From: Candidatus Methylomirabilis oxygeniifera
Lineage (GTDB): Bacteria; Methylomirabilota; Methylomirabilia; Methylomirabilales; Methylomirabilaceae
DNA length: 32,000 nt
Direction: 5' to 3'
Assembly: GCA_000091165.1 (NCBI GenBank)
Contig: FP565575.1
Coordinates: 660,001-692,000, forward strand
The notes under the pieces were generated by a model. The model had not been told where the DNA came from and did not search any database. It worked only from the letters and a program-made list of their open reading frames with translations. Both the position numbers and the translations under genes were made by a program. Shown here one piece after another: positions 1 to 8,041 of this stretch. The stretch's first letter is position 1. Each line of letters starts with the position of its first letter.

Positions 1-3000
1 TGGCCGTATCCCCCGGCGAGCTGGACCGGGTTCACCCGCGTGCGGGTCAGGCTGTTGTGGCCACCGGCCCGCCGTCCGCGAAGCTGTGACTTCGGCACGT
101 AGATCGTCCGTTCGACCGCGTGATAATACAGGCAGGTGCCGGACTGGACACGGGAGCTGACATTGGCCCGGGTGACCACCACGCCGTTGTCGTTGTAGAC
201 CTCTACCCAGTCGTTATCCTTGAGGCCCACGCGGGCGGCGTCTTTATCGTTGATCCAGATCGGATCCATGCCCCGCGACAAGGTGAGCATGCGGTGATTA
301 TCTTTGTAGGTGGAGTGGATGTTCCACTTGCCGTGGGGCGTAATGTAGTTCAGGAGCAGCGCGCGTTCATCCTGTCCGCTTTCGGTGATGTCATGGATCA
401 GGACCGGGTCGAGTTTTGGCTTGTAGGTCGGCAGGTTCTCGCCGAAGTCGATGAAATAGGGGTGATCAAGATACAGATGCTGGCGGCCGGTCAGCGTGCG
501 CCAGGGCACAAGCCGCTCCACCATCATCGTCCAGGCGGAGTAGGCGCGTCCGTCGTTGGTCATCCCGCTCCAGCAGGGAGAGATCAGCGTGCGCCTGGGC
601 TGCCGTTTCAGATCGCCGAAGTTCAGCCGCAGGCTGCGGTGGCCTTCGGCCATGTCCGCAAGCTCCACCCCGACCAGTTCCCCTTTGGCCTTGAAGCCTT
701 CGTAGCAGATTTCGCCGTTGGTTTCCGGCGACAGGTGCAGGATCAGGTTGGCGGCATCCAGCGCCGTTTCGAGCGAGGGGTACTTCTGCCCGCCCCATGA
801 GACCGTCCGCTTGTGGCGGGGGTCCGGAGATCCTCCCTCTGGGTACTCCAGCAGTTCGTCGTAGAATTTCCCGATGGGAATGGGGCCCCAATTGTGGCCG
901 GTCAGCCCGTCCTCGCGCACCTTCCGCCCGAACGAGATGAATTTCTGATAGAGCTTCGAGTAATCGCGTTCGACGATCTTCAGATGGGGAAAATTGCGAC
1001 CGGGTTCGAGCGGATCGTTCTGACCCTTCCAGTCCACGACCTCCCGCTGAGCCATCTCGTCCGGGCAATTGGCGCTGAGCGGGGCGGCGACCAGGTCCTT
1101 CACGGGACCGTCAAATGCATACCCGGCCATCTCCGAGACTCGCTTGGCCAACGCCTTGAAGATGTCGAAATCACTCCTGGCCTCCCAGGGCGGATCGACG
1201 GCCTTCCCGAGGTTGTGAATGAACGAGTGCAGGTCGGTCGTGTTCAGGTCGTCTTTCTCGTACCAGAAGGCGGTGGGAAGGACGATGTCGGAATAGACGG
1301 CCGAGGTATCCATGCGGAAGTTGATGTCCACCACCAGGTCCATCTTGCCTTCCGGGGCCTTCCCTGTCGCCTTGACGTCCTTGGCGGTTCCATTCACCCG
1401 TTCCTGGGCGATCAGGTTGTGATGGGTGCCCAGGTAGTGGCGCAGAAAGAACTCGTGACCCTTGGCGCTGGATTGAATGGCGTTTCCACGCCAGATCAGC
1501 CAGACCCTCGGCCAGTTCTCCGGAGCATCCGGGTTCTCGACGGAGAGTTCGAGCGTGCCCGTCCTGATCGCGTCGAGTACGTATTGCACGATCTCCTCCG
1601 CACTCTTTGCGCCGGCCTGCTCCGCCTCACGAATGACCTCGATCGGATTCCTGTTGAACTGCGGGTAAAACGGCATCCAGCCAAGGCGAACGGAGCGGGC
1701 CACATGATCTGCGGCATGCCCCTTTGCCCACTTGACGTCATTCGGCAGCGGGGCGTATTCCGTAAACTCCCCCTCGTACCGCCACTGATCGCTCATAATG
1801 TAATGCCACAAGGGGGTCTGCTGGAGGCGCGGGGGTTTCAACCAGTCGTTCGCGAAGGCGACAGGTTTCCATGCTGCGGCCAGTGTCAGTTTCTCCTGTC
1901 CGACGTAATGGTTGAGTCCCCCGCCGTTCACGCCGCAGCAGCCGCACAGGATCAGCGCGGTGGACGGCCCACGGTAGACAAGGTTGTTGTTGTACCAGTG
2001 GTTGGCGCTGGCGCCGATGATCACCATCGATTTGCCGCGGGTCTTCTCGGCGTTGCCGGCGAACTCTCGGGCGAAGCGGATGATCGTCTCTCGCCCGATC
2101 CCGGTGATGGGCTCCTGCCAGGCGGGCGTGTAAGGCACGGTGTCGTCGTAACTCGTGGGGTAATCGCCGGGGAGCCCGCGCGAGACGCCATAATGCGCGA
2201 ACAGCAGGTCGTAGACGGTGGCCACCGGCATCGGGCCGTCCTTTGTGGGCACATGGCGCACGGGCACCCCGCGCAACAGATACCGCTTCCCGGCAAAATC
2301 GTAGATCTTGACCTGCATCACCTCATCGCACTGATTGAGGAAACTGAGCTGCGGGTCGATCCGGGAGTCGTCGAGCGAATCCTCCAGCTTGAGGTTCCAT
2401 CTGCCTTTCCTGCTGCCCCAGTGGTGACCGACAGCGCCCTTCGGACTGCGCAACTCGCCCGAAAGGCTGTCCTGAATAAGAAATTTCCAGGCATTGTGTT
2501 CTTCGCCGCTGTAACGCTCGATTTCCCCCGCAGTCAGCAGGCGGCCGGGTTTGACGCTTCCATCCGATGCCGTGTCCAGCTTGACGAGAAACGGACCGTC
2601 TGAATAGCGCGTCAGGTAATCGATGAAGTAGTCGATCGTCCGGTCGGCGTGAAACTCTTTGAGGATCACGTGGTTGACAGCCATCCACATGGCGTTGTCC
2701 TCGCCGGCCTTCACAGGGATCCACCAGTCGGAGTATTTCGCGACCTGGTTGAAGTCCGGGGCCACCACGACGAACTTGGCCCCTTCGTAGCGGCCCTCGG
2801 AGATAAAATGGACATCGGGCGTGCGGGTCATGTTCAGGTTGGCCCCCACCGACACGATGAACTTCGAGTTGTACCAATCCGCGCTTTCGCAGACGTCGGT
2901 TTGATCGCCCCAGGTCTCCGGGAACTGGTTGGGCAGATCCGCGTACCAGTCGTAAAAGCTCATGCTGGCGCCGCCGAAGAGCTGGGTGAATCGTGAACCG

Positions 3001-3554
3001 GCGGCATACGACAGATACGACATGGCAGGAATGGGCGAGAAGCTGAACAGCCGGTCCGGTCCGTATTTCTTCGCGGTATACAGGCAGGCGGCCGCCACGA
3101 TCTCCAACGCCTCGTCCCACGACGCACGCCGGAATCCGCCCTTGCCGCGCGCCCGTTGATACCGTTTGCGTTTGGATTCGTCTTCGACGATAGACCGCCA
3201 GGCTTCAACCGGATTCTCATGCTGCTGCTTCGCCTCCCTCCAGAAATCGAGCAGCGGGCCGCGGATATACGGGTATTTCACCCGGATGGGACTGTACACA
3301 TACCAGGAGGCGGAGATACCGCGCTGACATCCGCGAGGTTCGTACGGGGGCAGCTTGTCCTCGAGCATGGGGTAGTCGGTCTGCTGCATCTCCCATACGA
3401 TAATCCCATCCTTGACGTACACCTCCCAGGAACATCCGCCGGTGCAGTTGACACCGTGGGTGCTGCGCACGATCCGGTCGTACTGCCAACGGTTCCGGTA
3501 GAAATCCTCCCACTCGCGGCGCTCGGGCTTGAACAGGTCCTGGATCCAACCCAT
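1..3554 (-). CDS. narG: Respiratory nitrate reductase / nitrite oxidoreductase alpha subunit (NarG/NxrA-type Mo-bisMGD enzyme). The first 1184 codons are present; the 3' end lies beyond the window start.
   Basis: Not in the ORF track because it runs off the edge. Hand translation of the minus strand from ATG 3554 gives [50 protein letters not shown] (H-x3-C-x3-C FS0 cluster motif), [16 protein letters not shown] (Mo-ligand Asp region), [25 protein letters not shown] and [13 protein letters not shown]. It is colinear with E. coli NarG as I remember it. No listed minus-strand ORF in 1-3554 shares this frame, which fits one uninterrupted ORF. No twin-arginine signal, so it is the cytoplasmic type. 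Confidence 0.93.
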   Translation of the reverse strand, partial: MGWIQDLFKPERREWEDFYRNRWQYDRIVRSTHGVNCTGGCSWEVYVKDGIIVWEMQQTDYPMLEDKLPPYEPRGCQRGISASWYVYSPIRVKYPYIRGPLLDFWREAKQQHENPVEAWRSIVEDESKRKRYQRARGKGGFRRASWDEALEIVAAACLYTAKKYGPDRLFSFSPIPAMSYLSYAAGSRFTQLFGGASMSFYDWYADLPNQFPETWGDQTDVCESADWYNSKFIVSVGANLNMTRTPDVHFISEGRYEGAKFVVVAPDFNQVAKYSDWWIPVKAGEDNAMWMAVNHVILKEFHADRTIDYFIDYLTRYSDGPFLVKLDTASDGSVKPGRLLTAGEIERYSGEEHNAWKFLIQDSLSGELRSPKGAVGHHWGSRKGRWNLKLEDSLDDSRIDPQLSFLNQCDEVMQVKIYDFAGKRYLLRGVPVRHVPTKDGPMPVATVYDLLFAHYGVSRGLPGDYPTSYDDTVPYTPAWQEPITGIGRETIIRFAREFAGNAEKTRGKSMVIIGASANHWYNNNLVYRGPSTALILCGCCGVNGGGLNHYVGQEKLTLAAAWKPVAFANDWLKPPRLQQTPLWHYIMSDQWRYEGEFTEYAPLPNDVKWAKGHAADHVARSVRLGWMPFYPQFNRNPIEVIREAEQAGAKSAEEIVQYVLDAIRTGTLELSVENPDAPENWPRVWLIWRGNAIQSSAKGHEFFLRHYLGTHHNLIAQERVNGTAKDVKATGKAPEGKMDLVVDINFRMDTSAVYSDIVLPTAFWYEKDDLNTTDLHSFIHNLGKAVDPPWEARSDFDIFKALAKRVSEMAGYAFDGPVKDLVAAPLSANCPDEMAQREVVDWKGQNDPLEPGRNFPHLKIVERDYSKLYQKFISFGRKVREDGLTGHNWGPIPIGKFYDELLEYPEGGSPDPRHKRTVSWGGQKYPSLETALDAANLILHLSPETNGEICYEGFKAKGELVGVELADMAEGHRSLRLNFGDLKRQPRRTLISPCWSGMTNDGRAYSAWTMMVERLVPWRTLTGRQHLYLDHPYFIDFGENLPTYKPKLDPVLIHDITESGQDERALLLNYITPHGKWNIHSTYKDNHRMLTLSRGMDPIWINDKDAARVGLKDNDWVEVYNDNGVVVTRANVSSRVQSGTCLYYHAVERTIYVPKSQLRGRRAGGHNSLTRTRVNPVQLAGGYG

Positions 3555-4819
3555 CAGGACACCCCTCCTTGATTGCTGTAGGACCGTTCATACATGGTTC
3601 GGCGCACATCCCGACCCCGATTCCTCCATATTCCCTGAATCATCAACAGGAAGACCACGGCCCCGACGGACCCGATGCCGGCAAGCTGATAGATCTGGTT
3701 GGTGGCCCGACCGATGCCCGTAGTGAAGAAGGCCAACAGGTGACGCTTTTCCTCATCCGTCAGCGTTTTCTTGGTGTAGATCGGTTTCATGGGCGCCACG
3801 TGCTCTGTCCACGTGATCATCCCATCACCGAATTTGTGATAGGCGCCCGTCAGGTCCGGTCCCAGGACCCCGCCTCCGAGCGCCCCTATGCCGCTGACGG
3901 AGTGGCACGCCCGGCACGAAGCCCCGCCGCCGGCGAGTCTCTCGGCGCCGGTAAACAGGCTCTTCCCCTTGTCCGGGTCCCCCCTCATCAGCCCTGGTAT
4001 CTCAGGAGGGGTCCATGTATTCGCCTGTTCGCGCTGCTCCGGCGTGGAGAGGGACAGCACATAGTGAACCAGATCCCATGCGTCCTTACCGACCGCCCAG
4101 TCGCTCATCGGCATCGGTGTGCCGGGCATGCCCGCGAGTATCCTCCGATAGAGTGTCTCCGGGTCCGGGTTCCCCTTAAAGACCCCCTCGGTCAGGTCGC
4201 GCGGATGCGTGGGCACACCGTCTTCATCCAACTGCTCCTGTACGCCATCCCCTTTGCCGGTTGGCCCGTGGCAGGAGGCGCAGCCGTCGGCGTACAGCTC
4301 CTTCGCACGCTTGGCGGCGGCGGGATCGTACGGGGGCTCCAGCGGAACAGCGATGACCCCTTCTCCGGTGCCGGCGCCAGAGGCGGGCGCTTGCTGCGAC
4401 TTGACGGTGATCGGCGTTTCGGCGAACGACTTGACATACTGGACCAGGGCCCAGCGCTGTTGTTCCGGCAGGTGTTTCCACGAGGGCATCGCGGTTCCGG
4501 GTAGCCCGCGTGTAATCGCGTTGAACAGGTCCTCATCGGTAGGCAGGCGTTCCCACGTGGAGACCATGCGGTATTTCGCGGTGACGAAGTTGCGCGGTTT
4601 GATCTTCAGCAGGTCGGCGGCTATACCTTTGCCGCGGCCGTCCGCTCCGTGGCAGGCGGCGCACTCTGCCGTATAGATGGCCTTCCCTGTTGCAAGGAGT
4701 GTCGGCGAGGGCGGAGGAGTGATGGCGGCTGCTGCGGTCAGAGAGAAGAGGGTAGCCAGCGCCGCGAGCGAAAGGCTTACCTGTATCCCGATAAGAATCC
4801 GGTATCGTGGACCCACCAT
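3554..4819 (-). CDS. Membrane-anchored tri-heme c-type cytochrome
   Basis: 421-aa ORF with three CXXCH motifs (CAACH, CASCH, CRACH). The first two are followed by GTAMPSW / GTPMPMS contexts typical of a Met distal ligand. Hydrophobic N-terminus ([18 protein letters not shown]) and a C-terminal hydrophobic helix ([17 protein letters not shown]). Its TGA stop shares one nucleotide with the narG ATG (TGATG, 3552-3556). Confidence 0.85.
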   Translation of the reverse strand: MVGPRYRILIGIQVSLSLAALATLFSLTAAAAITPPPSPTLLATGKAIYTAECAACHGADGRGKGIAADLLKIKPRNFVTAKYRMVSTWERLPTDEDLFNAITRGLPGTAMPSWKHLPEQQRWALVQYVKSFAETPITVKSQQAPASGAGTGEGVIAVPLEPPYDPAAAKRAKELYADGCASCHGPTGKGDGVQEQLDEDGVPTHPRDLTEGVFKGNPDPETLYRRILAGMPGTPMPMSDWAVGKDAWDLVHYVLSLSTPEQREQANTWTPPEIPGLMRGDPDKGKSLFTGAERLAGGGASCRACHSVSGIGALGGGVLGPDLTGAYHKFGDGMITWTEHVAPMKPIYTKKTLTDEEKRHLLAFFTTGIGRATNQIYQLAGIGSVGAVVFLLMIQGIWRNRGRDVRRTMYERSYSNQGGVS

Positions 4820-4947
4820 CCCCGTAGCCCCACTGCCTGTTTCATCCGGTTACGGTTCCTGCTCGATGGTAGTGGTACTAAAACAACAATTGGATTCTGT
4901 GTTGTGTTAGGTAGGCAGGCCGAGCTGAGTCGGCTAAGTGTGAAACG

Positions 4948-4976
4948 ATATTGGTGTAGCGATACAGGTTTGTCAA
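4948..4976 (-). promoter_or_regulatory. Candidate sigma70 promoter for the cytochrome c-narG operon
   Basis: Minus strand reads TTGACA (4976-4971), 17 nt spacer, CAATAT (4953-4948), about 125 nt upstream of ATG 4819. Two direct GGCCTATT copies (4987-4994 and 4998-5005) lie just upstream of the -35. Confidence 0.4.
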
Positions 4977-5155
4977 GAGGTTTTTAGGCCTATTGAGGGC
5001 CTATTATCAAGCCTTCGCAAGGTTTTTGCACACGTGTCGTCCGGAGTGTTTCACAATGATTCATCATTGCCAGAACCCTGTTTCATTTCTGTACAAACTG
5101 GAATACCCCATGCGCTACTGGCGCACCCATGCGCATGAAAGTCTGCCATGGCTTA

Positions 5156-5203
5156 TCCCCGTTCCCCTCGCCCCCATTTGGGGGAGGGTGGAGGCGAGCA
5201 ATA
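5156..5203 (+). repeat. GC-rich palindromic element (CCCCC-ATTT-GGGGG core flanked by CTCGCC/GGCGAG)
   Basis: Sequence tccccgttcccctcgcccccatttgggggagggtggaggcgag. Its spurious translation SPFPSPPFGGGWRRA parallels NPPVPPFDKGGMGGGRA, encoded by a similar element inside asmA (about 20085-20145, opposite orientation). Confidence 0.45.
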
Positions 5204-5205
5204 CT

Positions 5206-6372
5206 GGAATCTCGCGCCTTGCCGCCGATCTGGAAGGACGTCGGGCAACCTGTGCGGCCAAGGAGGCGGCCGCCGGAGAAGCCGAGAAGCAGCATGGTGA
5301 AAAGCGGGACGATTTCAACAAGCTGATCGGCGAACGGGGCGAGGTGATAGGAGGACGCCCCATAACAGAGGTTCGGACTGAATATCGCGTGCGCTGGGAG
5401 GTCGCCGACAAAGTGTGGAATGAGGCGGAAACGGCGAGATCCGAGGCAGAGAAGGCCGCAGCGGCATCCAATGTCATCTCCGCCCGGAATACCGTCAATT
5501 CGACACGCGCCGCACGCGATTCTGCCGAACGTGTGCTTGCAGAGAGGCTTCAGGCCTGCGAAATCAGTAGGGAGCAAGCCGAAGCGGCGATCGCTAAGGG
5601 TGAGAGTTGGGTGGCAGTGGAGCAAGCACGCCTGGATACCCTTCGAGAGACCGTCGCGGCCGCGAGGGCGACACTGTCCGAACGACAACAGGCGGTTGCG
5701 GTACACGAGGCGAACGACCGACCGGACCGGATTCTCGAGGAGATCGTCGCGGCATTGACGAATATTGAGGCACGTCGTTCGAAAGCGTCTGAAGAATGTG
5801 TCTCAGCACGTGCCGTCCTCCGTAACGACGATCAGGTGCGAGCCCGGATGGCCGAAATTCAGGCGGCCCTCGGCGAACGGCGCGAGGCGGCGCGCGTCTG
5901 GAGTCAGTTGGACGACCTCATCGGCTCCGCTGACGGGTCCAAGTTTCGGCGGTTTGCTCAATCGCTGACGTTCAATTATCTGATCCGCTTGGCGAACCGG
6001 CATCTTGCGGACCTGAATCCGCGTTACGAATTGCAACGTGTGCCGAGTGGTGACCTGGTGTTGCAGGTGATCGACCGAGACATGGCGGACGAGGTACGCG
6101 GCGTTCACAGCCTCTCCCTCGCGCTCGGTCTCGCGAGTATGGCGTCCAGCCGAGGGATCAAGGTTGAGAGCCTGTTCATCGACGAGGGCTTCGGCTCGCT
6201 CGACAGCAACAGTCTGGCAATGGCCGTGTCTGTGCTCGAGCAACTTCAAGCGACCGGCCGACGAGTCGGCGTCATCAGTCATGTCGATGAACTGAAAGAA
6301 CGCATCGCAGTAAAAAAAGAAGTCACCCCAGTCGGTCGAGGCCGTAGCACCGTCCAGGTCGTCACTGCCTGA
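5206..6372 (+). pseudogene. sbcC: 3' remnant of an SbcC/Rad50-type SMC-like ATPase gene (coiled coil plus C-terminal ATPase lobe only)
   Basis: The C-terminal part of ORF 4993-6372 reads WSQLDDLIGSADGSKFRRFAQSLTFNYLIRLANRHLADLNPRYELQR ... ESLFIDEGFGSLD (Walker B/D-loop) ... GVISHVDELKERI (H-loop), colinear with the E. coli SbcC C-terminus. The N-terminal ~650 aa, including Walker A, are absent and no sbcD is adjacent. The LSGGE signature region is missing (VHSLS-LALGLAS). The ORF's first ~70 codons run through the divergent promoter region and look non-coding. Confidence 0.6.
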
Positions 6373-6645
6373 TGTTACGGTCAGGTGAAAATAGCCGGGG
6401 GTCAGTGGCCGGGATGACCGGCTACAGGGCGACCGAGACTGGCTACCGATTGTTAGGGTGATAGGCCGCCAAAGCTGGCAGTGTTTGTCGACCACAATCG
6501 TCTTGACCGATTAGGCTAAGTATGGGAGATTACAGCTAAAATCGTTGCCGAGAAGCGGAGTCGATTGAGGAGACAGACCGCCAGCCCTTGTCGGCCTCAA
6601 GAGCGGCTCACTTATAGTTAGCCGTCAACAACAGAAGAACCAAGC

Positions 6646-6708
6646 ATGGTGATACCTGATTACCAGTCAATCATGCTTCCCTTGCTCCGTTTCGCTGCCG
6701 ACGGATCT
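6646..6708 (+). pseudogene. mrr: N-terminal stub (~21 codons) of an Mrr-type restriction endonuclease gene
   Basis: MVIPDYQSIMLPLLRFAADGS matches the conserved start of Mrr_N winged-helix domains (M.IPDYQ..MLP.L...ADG) as I remember them. The rest of mrr is absent; the reading frame runs into tandem repeats and then an unrelated gene. Confidence 0.45.
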
Positions 6709-6754
6709 GTTACCTTTTCTTGGTCGTCACCTATCTTCGGTCACCTTTCTTTCG
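6709..6754 (+). repeat. Three tandem degenerate 14-15 bp repeats (GTTACCTTTTCTTG / GTCACCTATCTTCG / GTCACCTTTCTTTCG)
   Basis: Read directly from the sequence. The same GTYACCTTTC core recurs in both arms of the 7694-7755 hairpin and at 17181-17193. Confidence 0.6.
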
Positions 6755-6768
6755 AGGGAGACAGAATA

Positions 6769-7611
6769 ATGAGAAACGTCGTTCGAGCACTTGTCCTGCT
6801 GCTGGTCGCGCCGCTCCTCGCCGGCGCCGAGACGGATCAGTCGTTGACCGTGCTGCCGATGCGGAGCATGGAGCAACCCCTGGCGGCTCTGCCTCTCATT
6901 CCCCGCGCCATCACTCTGGAGCTTCCCGGCGCCACCATCCCCGTGAACCTGCAGGGCCGTGGACCGTTGCAGCTCGGCGCGTGGTTTGCTCGCGCGGATA
7001 ATCCGTCGATCGAGATGGGCGGCGTGATACTCAATCTGTGCGTCTGGTGGGAGATCCACCCGAAAAATGGGTACCCGAATGCCTCCGTGTACCAGTTTCG
7101 TCCAGCGAAGCTCGCAACGGACCTGCAGTGGCGGGACTACATCCTGCAGCTCGACATTCCGTCGATGGTCTGGGGCGGGACGGGAAGCGTCCATATCGTG
7201 CCCAAGGCCTATTTCGGCAACCTGCCGCCGAACAGCGAAAAATACGCCATCCAGCCGTCGGCCACGGTCGCGGTCGGACCGGAAGGAATGAAAGGCGATA
7301 TCCCCGCTCCGGATACGGCGACCATCCGGTTTCCCATGGTGGTGCTCGAATACCACAAGAGCACCGGCAAGGTTCAGTTGCGCGCCGGCAATCTCATCCT
7401 GGCCGAGGACCGGGGCGGCTACTGGTACAAGGACCAGCCGGGTAAATTCCAGATGGGGCCCTTCCGGGTGGACGTGAACGCGAAAACCGTGGACTACGGG
7501 GCCGCGGGGAAGTGGTATCCGGTCAAGCTCAAAGTGATCGTCGAGCCGGACATCCCGGGCCAGGCGATCCTCCACCCCCGCACGCTGGTAAGAACGAAGT
7601 ACTGGCAGTAG
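6769..7611 (+). CDS. Secreted hypothetical protein (280 aa)
   Basis: Internal ATG 6769 of ORF 6646-7611 is preceded by GAGGGAG. Sec-type signal MRNVVRALVLLLVAPLLAGAETDQ. Ordinary amino-acid composition, whereas the antisense ORF 6727-7668 is Arg-rich. No recognisable domain. Confidence 0.6.
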   Translation: MRNVVRALVLLLVAPLLAGAETDQSLTVLPMRSMEQPLAALPLIPRAITLELPGATIPVNLQGRGPLQLGAWFARADNPSIEMGGVILNLCVWWEIHPKNGYPNASVYQFRPAKLATDLQWRDYILQLDIPSMVWGGTGSVHIVPKAYFGNLPPNSEKYAIQPSATVAVGPEGMKGDIPAPDTATIRFPMVVLEYHKSTGKVQLRAGNLILAEDRGGYWYKDQPGKFQMGPFRVDVNAKTVDYGAAGKWYPVKLKVIVEPDIPGQAILHPRTLVRTKYWQ

Positions 7612-7693
7612 CCGCAGCGGCGGGGCGCCGCGGGAGTCGCGCTCGGTGCTCCCTAAAAGGGGGACCAATAATGAGGACGCTACCCACTTTTCC

Positions 7694-7755
7694 GAAAGGT
7701 GACAGATTTATTGTTCCAATCCCGCGATCCGTGAAAAATAAATCTGTCACCTTTC
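7694..7755. repeat. Perfect 19-bp inverted repeat with a 24-nt loop (GAAAGGTGACAGATTTATT ... AATAAATCTGTCACCTTTC)
   Basis: Read directly. Lies about 83 nt downstream of the 6769-7611 stop. Could be a REP/MITE-like element or a transcription terminator or insulator. Confidence 0.8.
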
Positions 7756-8041
7756 TTTGGGGCGACCCGCTTCGGCGCGGCCTGCGGGCACGCGCGCGTC
7801 ACTCGCAGTTTTCGCGCGTCGTGAATGAAGGCCGCAAGCGATAGCGCCAACCCAACCGCAACCGACACGAACGCCACCCAATGCATGACCGAATCCAGAC
7901 CGAGGCTGACACCGGCTCCGGTCAATAGTATCAGTTCGACGCCACCGGCTTACCCGGAACGGATGGCGGAATACTGCCAATTGACCGGTCGCCCCTTCCG
8001 TCATTTTTGATTCTGTTGCTAGTTATGCTTTGCAGGGCTAG

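Noticed and set aside
120-3572. Long + strand ORFs (120-800, 813-2603, 2649-2996, 3156-3572) and several Arg-rich minus ORFs
   Set aside because: They are antisense or out of frame to the hand-translated narG, which matches NarG end to end. Their compositions (Arg/Gly/His/Val-rich) are typical of shadow ORFs in GC-rich DNA.
3569-4987. ORFs 3569-4504, 4209-4676 and 4649-4987 (+), and 4192-4536 and 4224-4481 (-)
   Set aside because: They overlap the tri-heme cytochrome c gene, which has clear CXXCH motifs and signal/TM logic. They show no motifs and have skewed composition.
4981-5012. Possible FNR/CRP-type box (TTGAG-N8-ATCAA) near the cytochrome-narG promoter
   Set aside because: The spacing is 8 rather than 4, and one half-site is imperfect, so it does not fit the TTGAT-N4-ATCAA consensus. 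I noted only the GGCCTATT direct repeat.
5803-6495. 230-aa minus ORF
   Set aside because: Antisense to the SbcC-homologous reading frame, with no recognisable features.
6727-7668. 313-aa minus ORF opposite the secreted-protein gene
   Set aside because: Arg-rich with no signal or domain. The + strand ORF has an SD, a signal peptide and normal composition. The choice is still not proven.
7680-8004. Small minus ORFs (7680-7925, 7747-8004) with one hydrophobic stretch (HWVAFVSVAVGLALSLAAFI)
   Set aside because: The C-terminus of the first is encoded by the 7694-7755 hairpin, and a frameshift would be needed to join the two. This is too weak to call a gene; it may be a relic.
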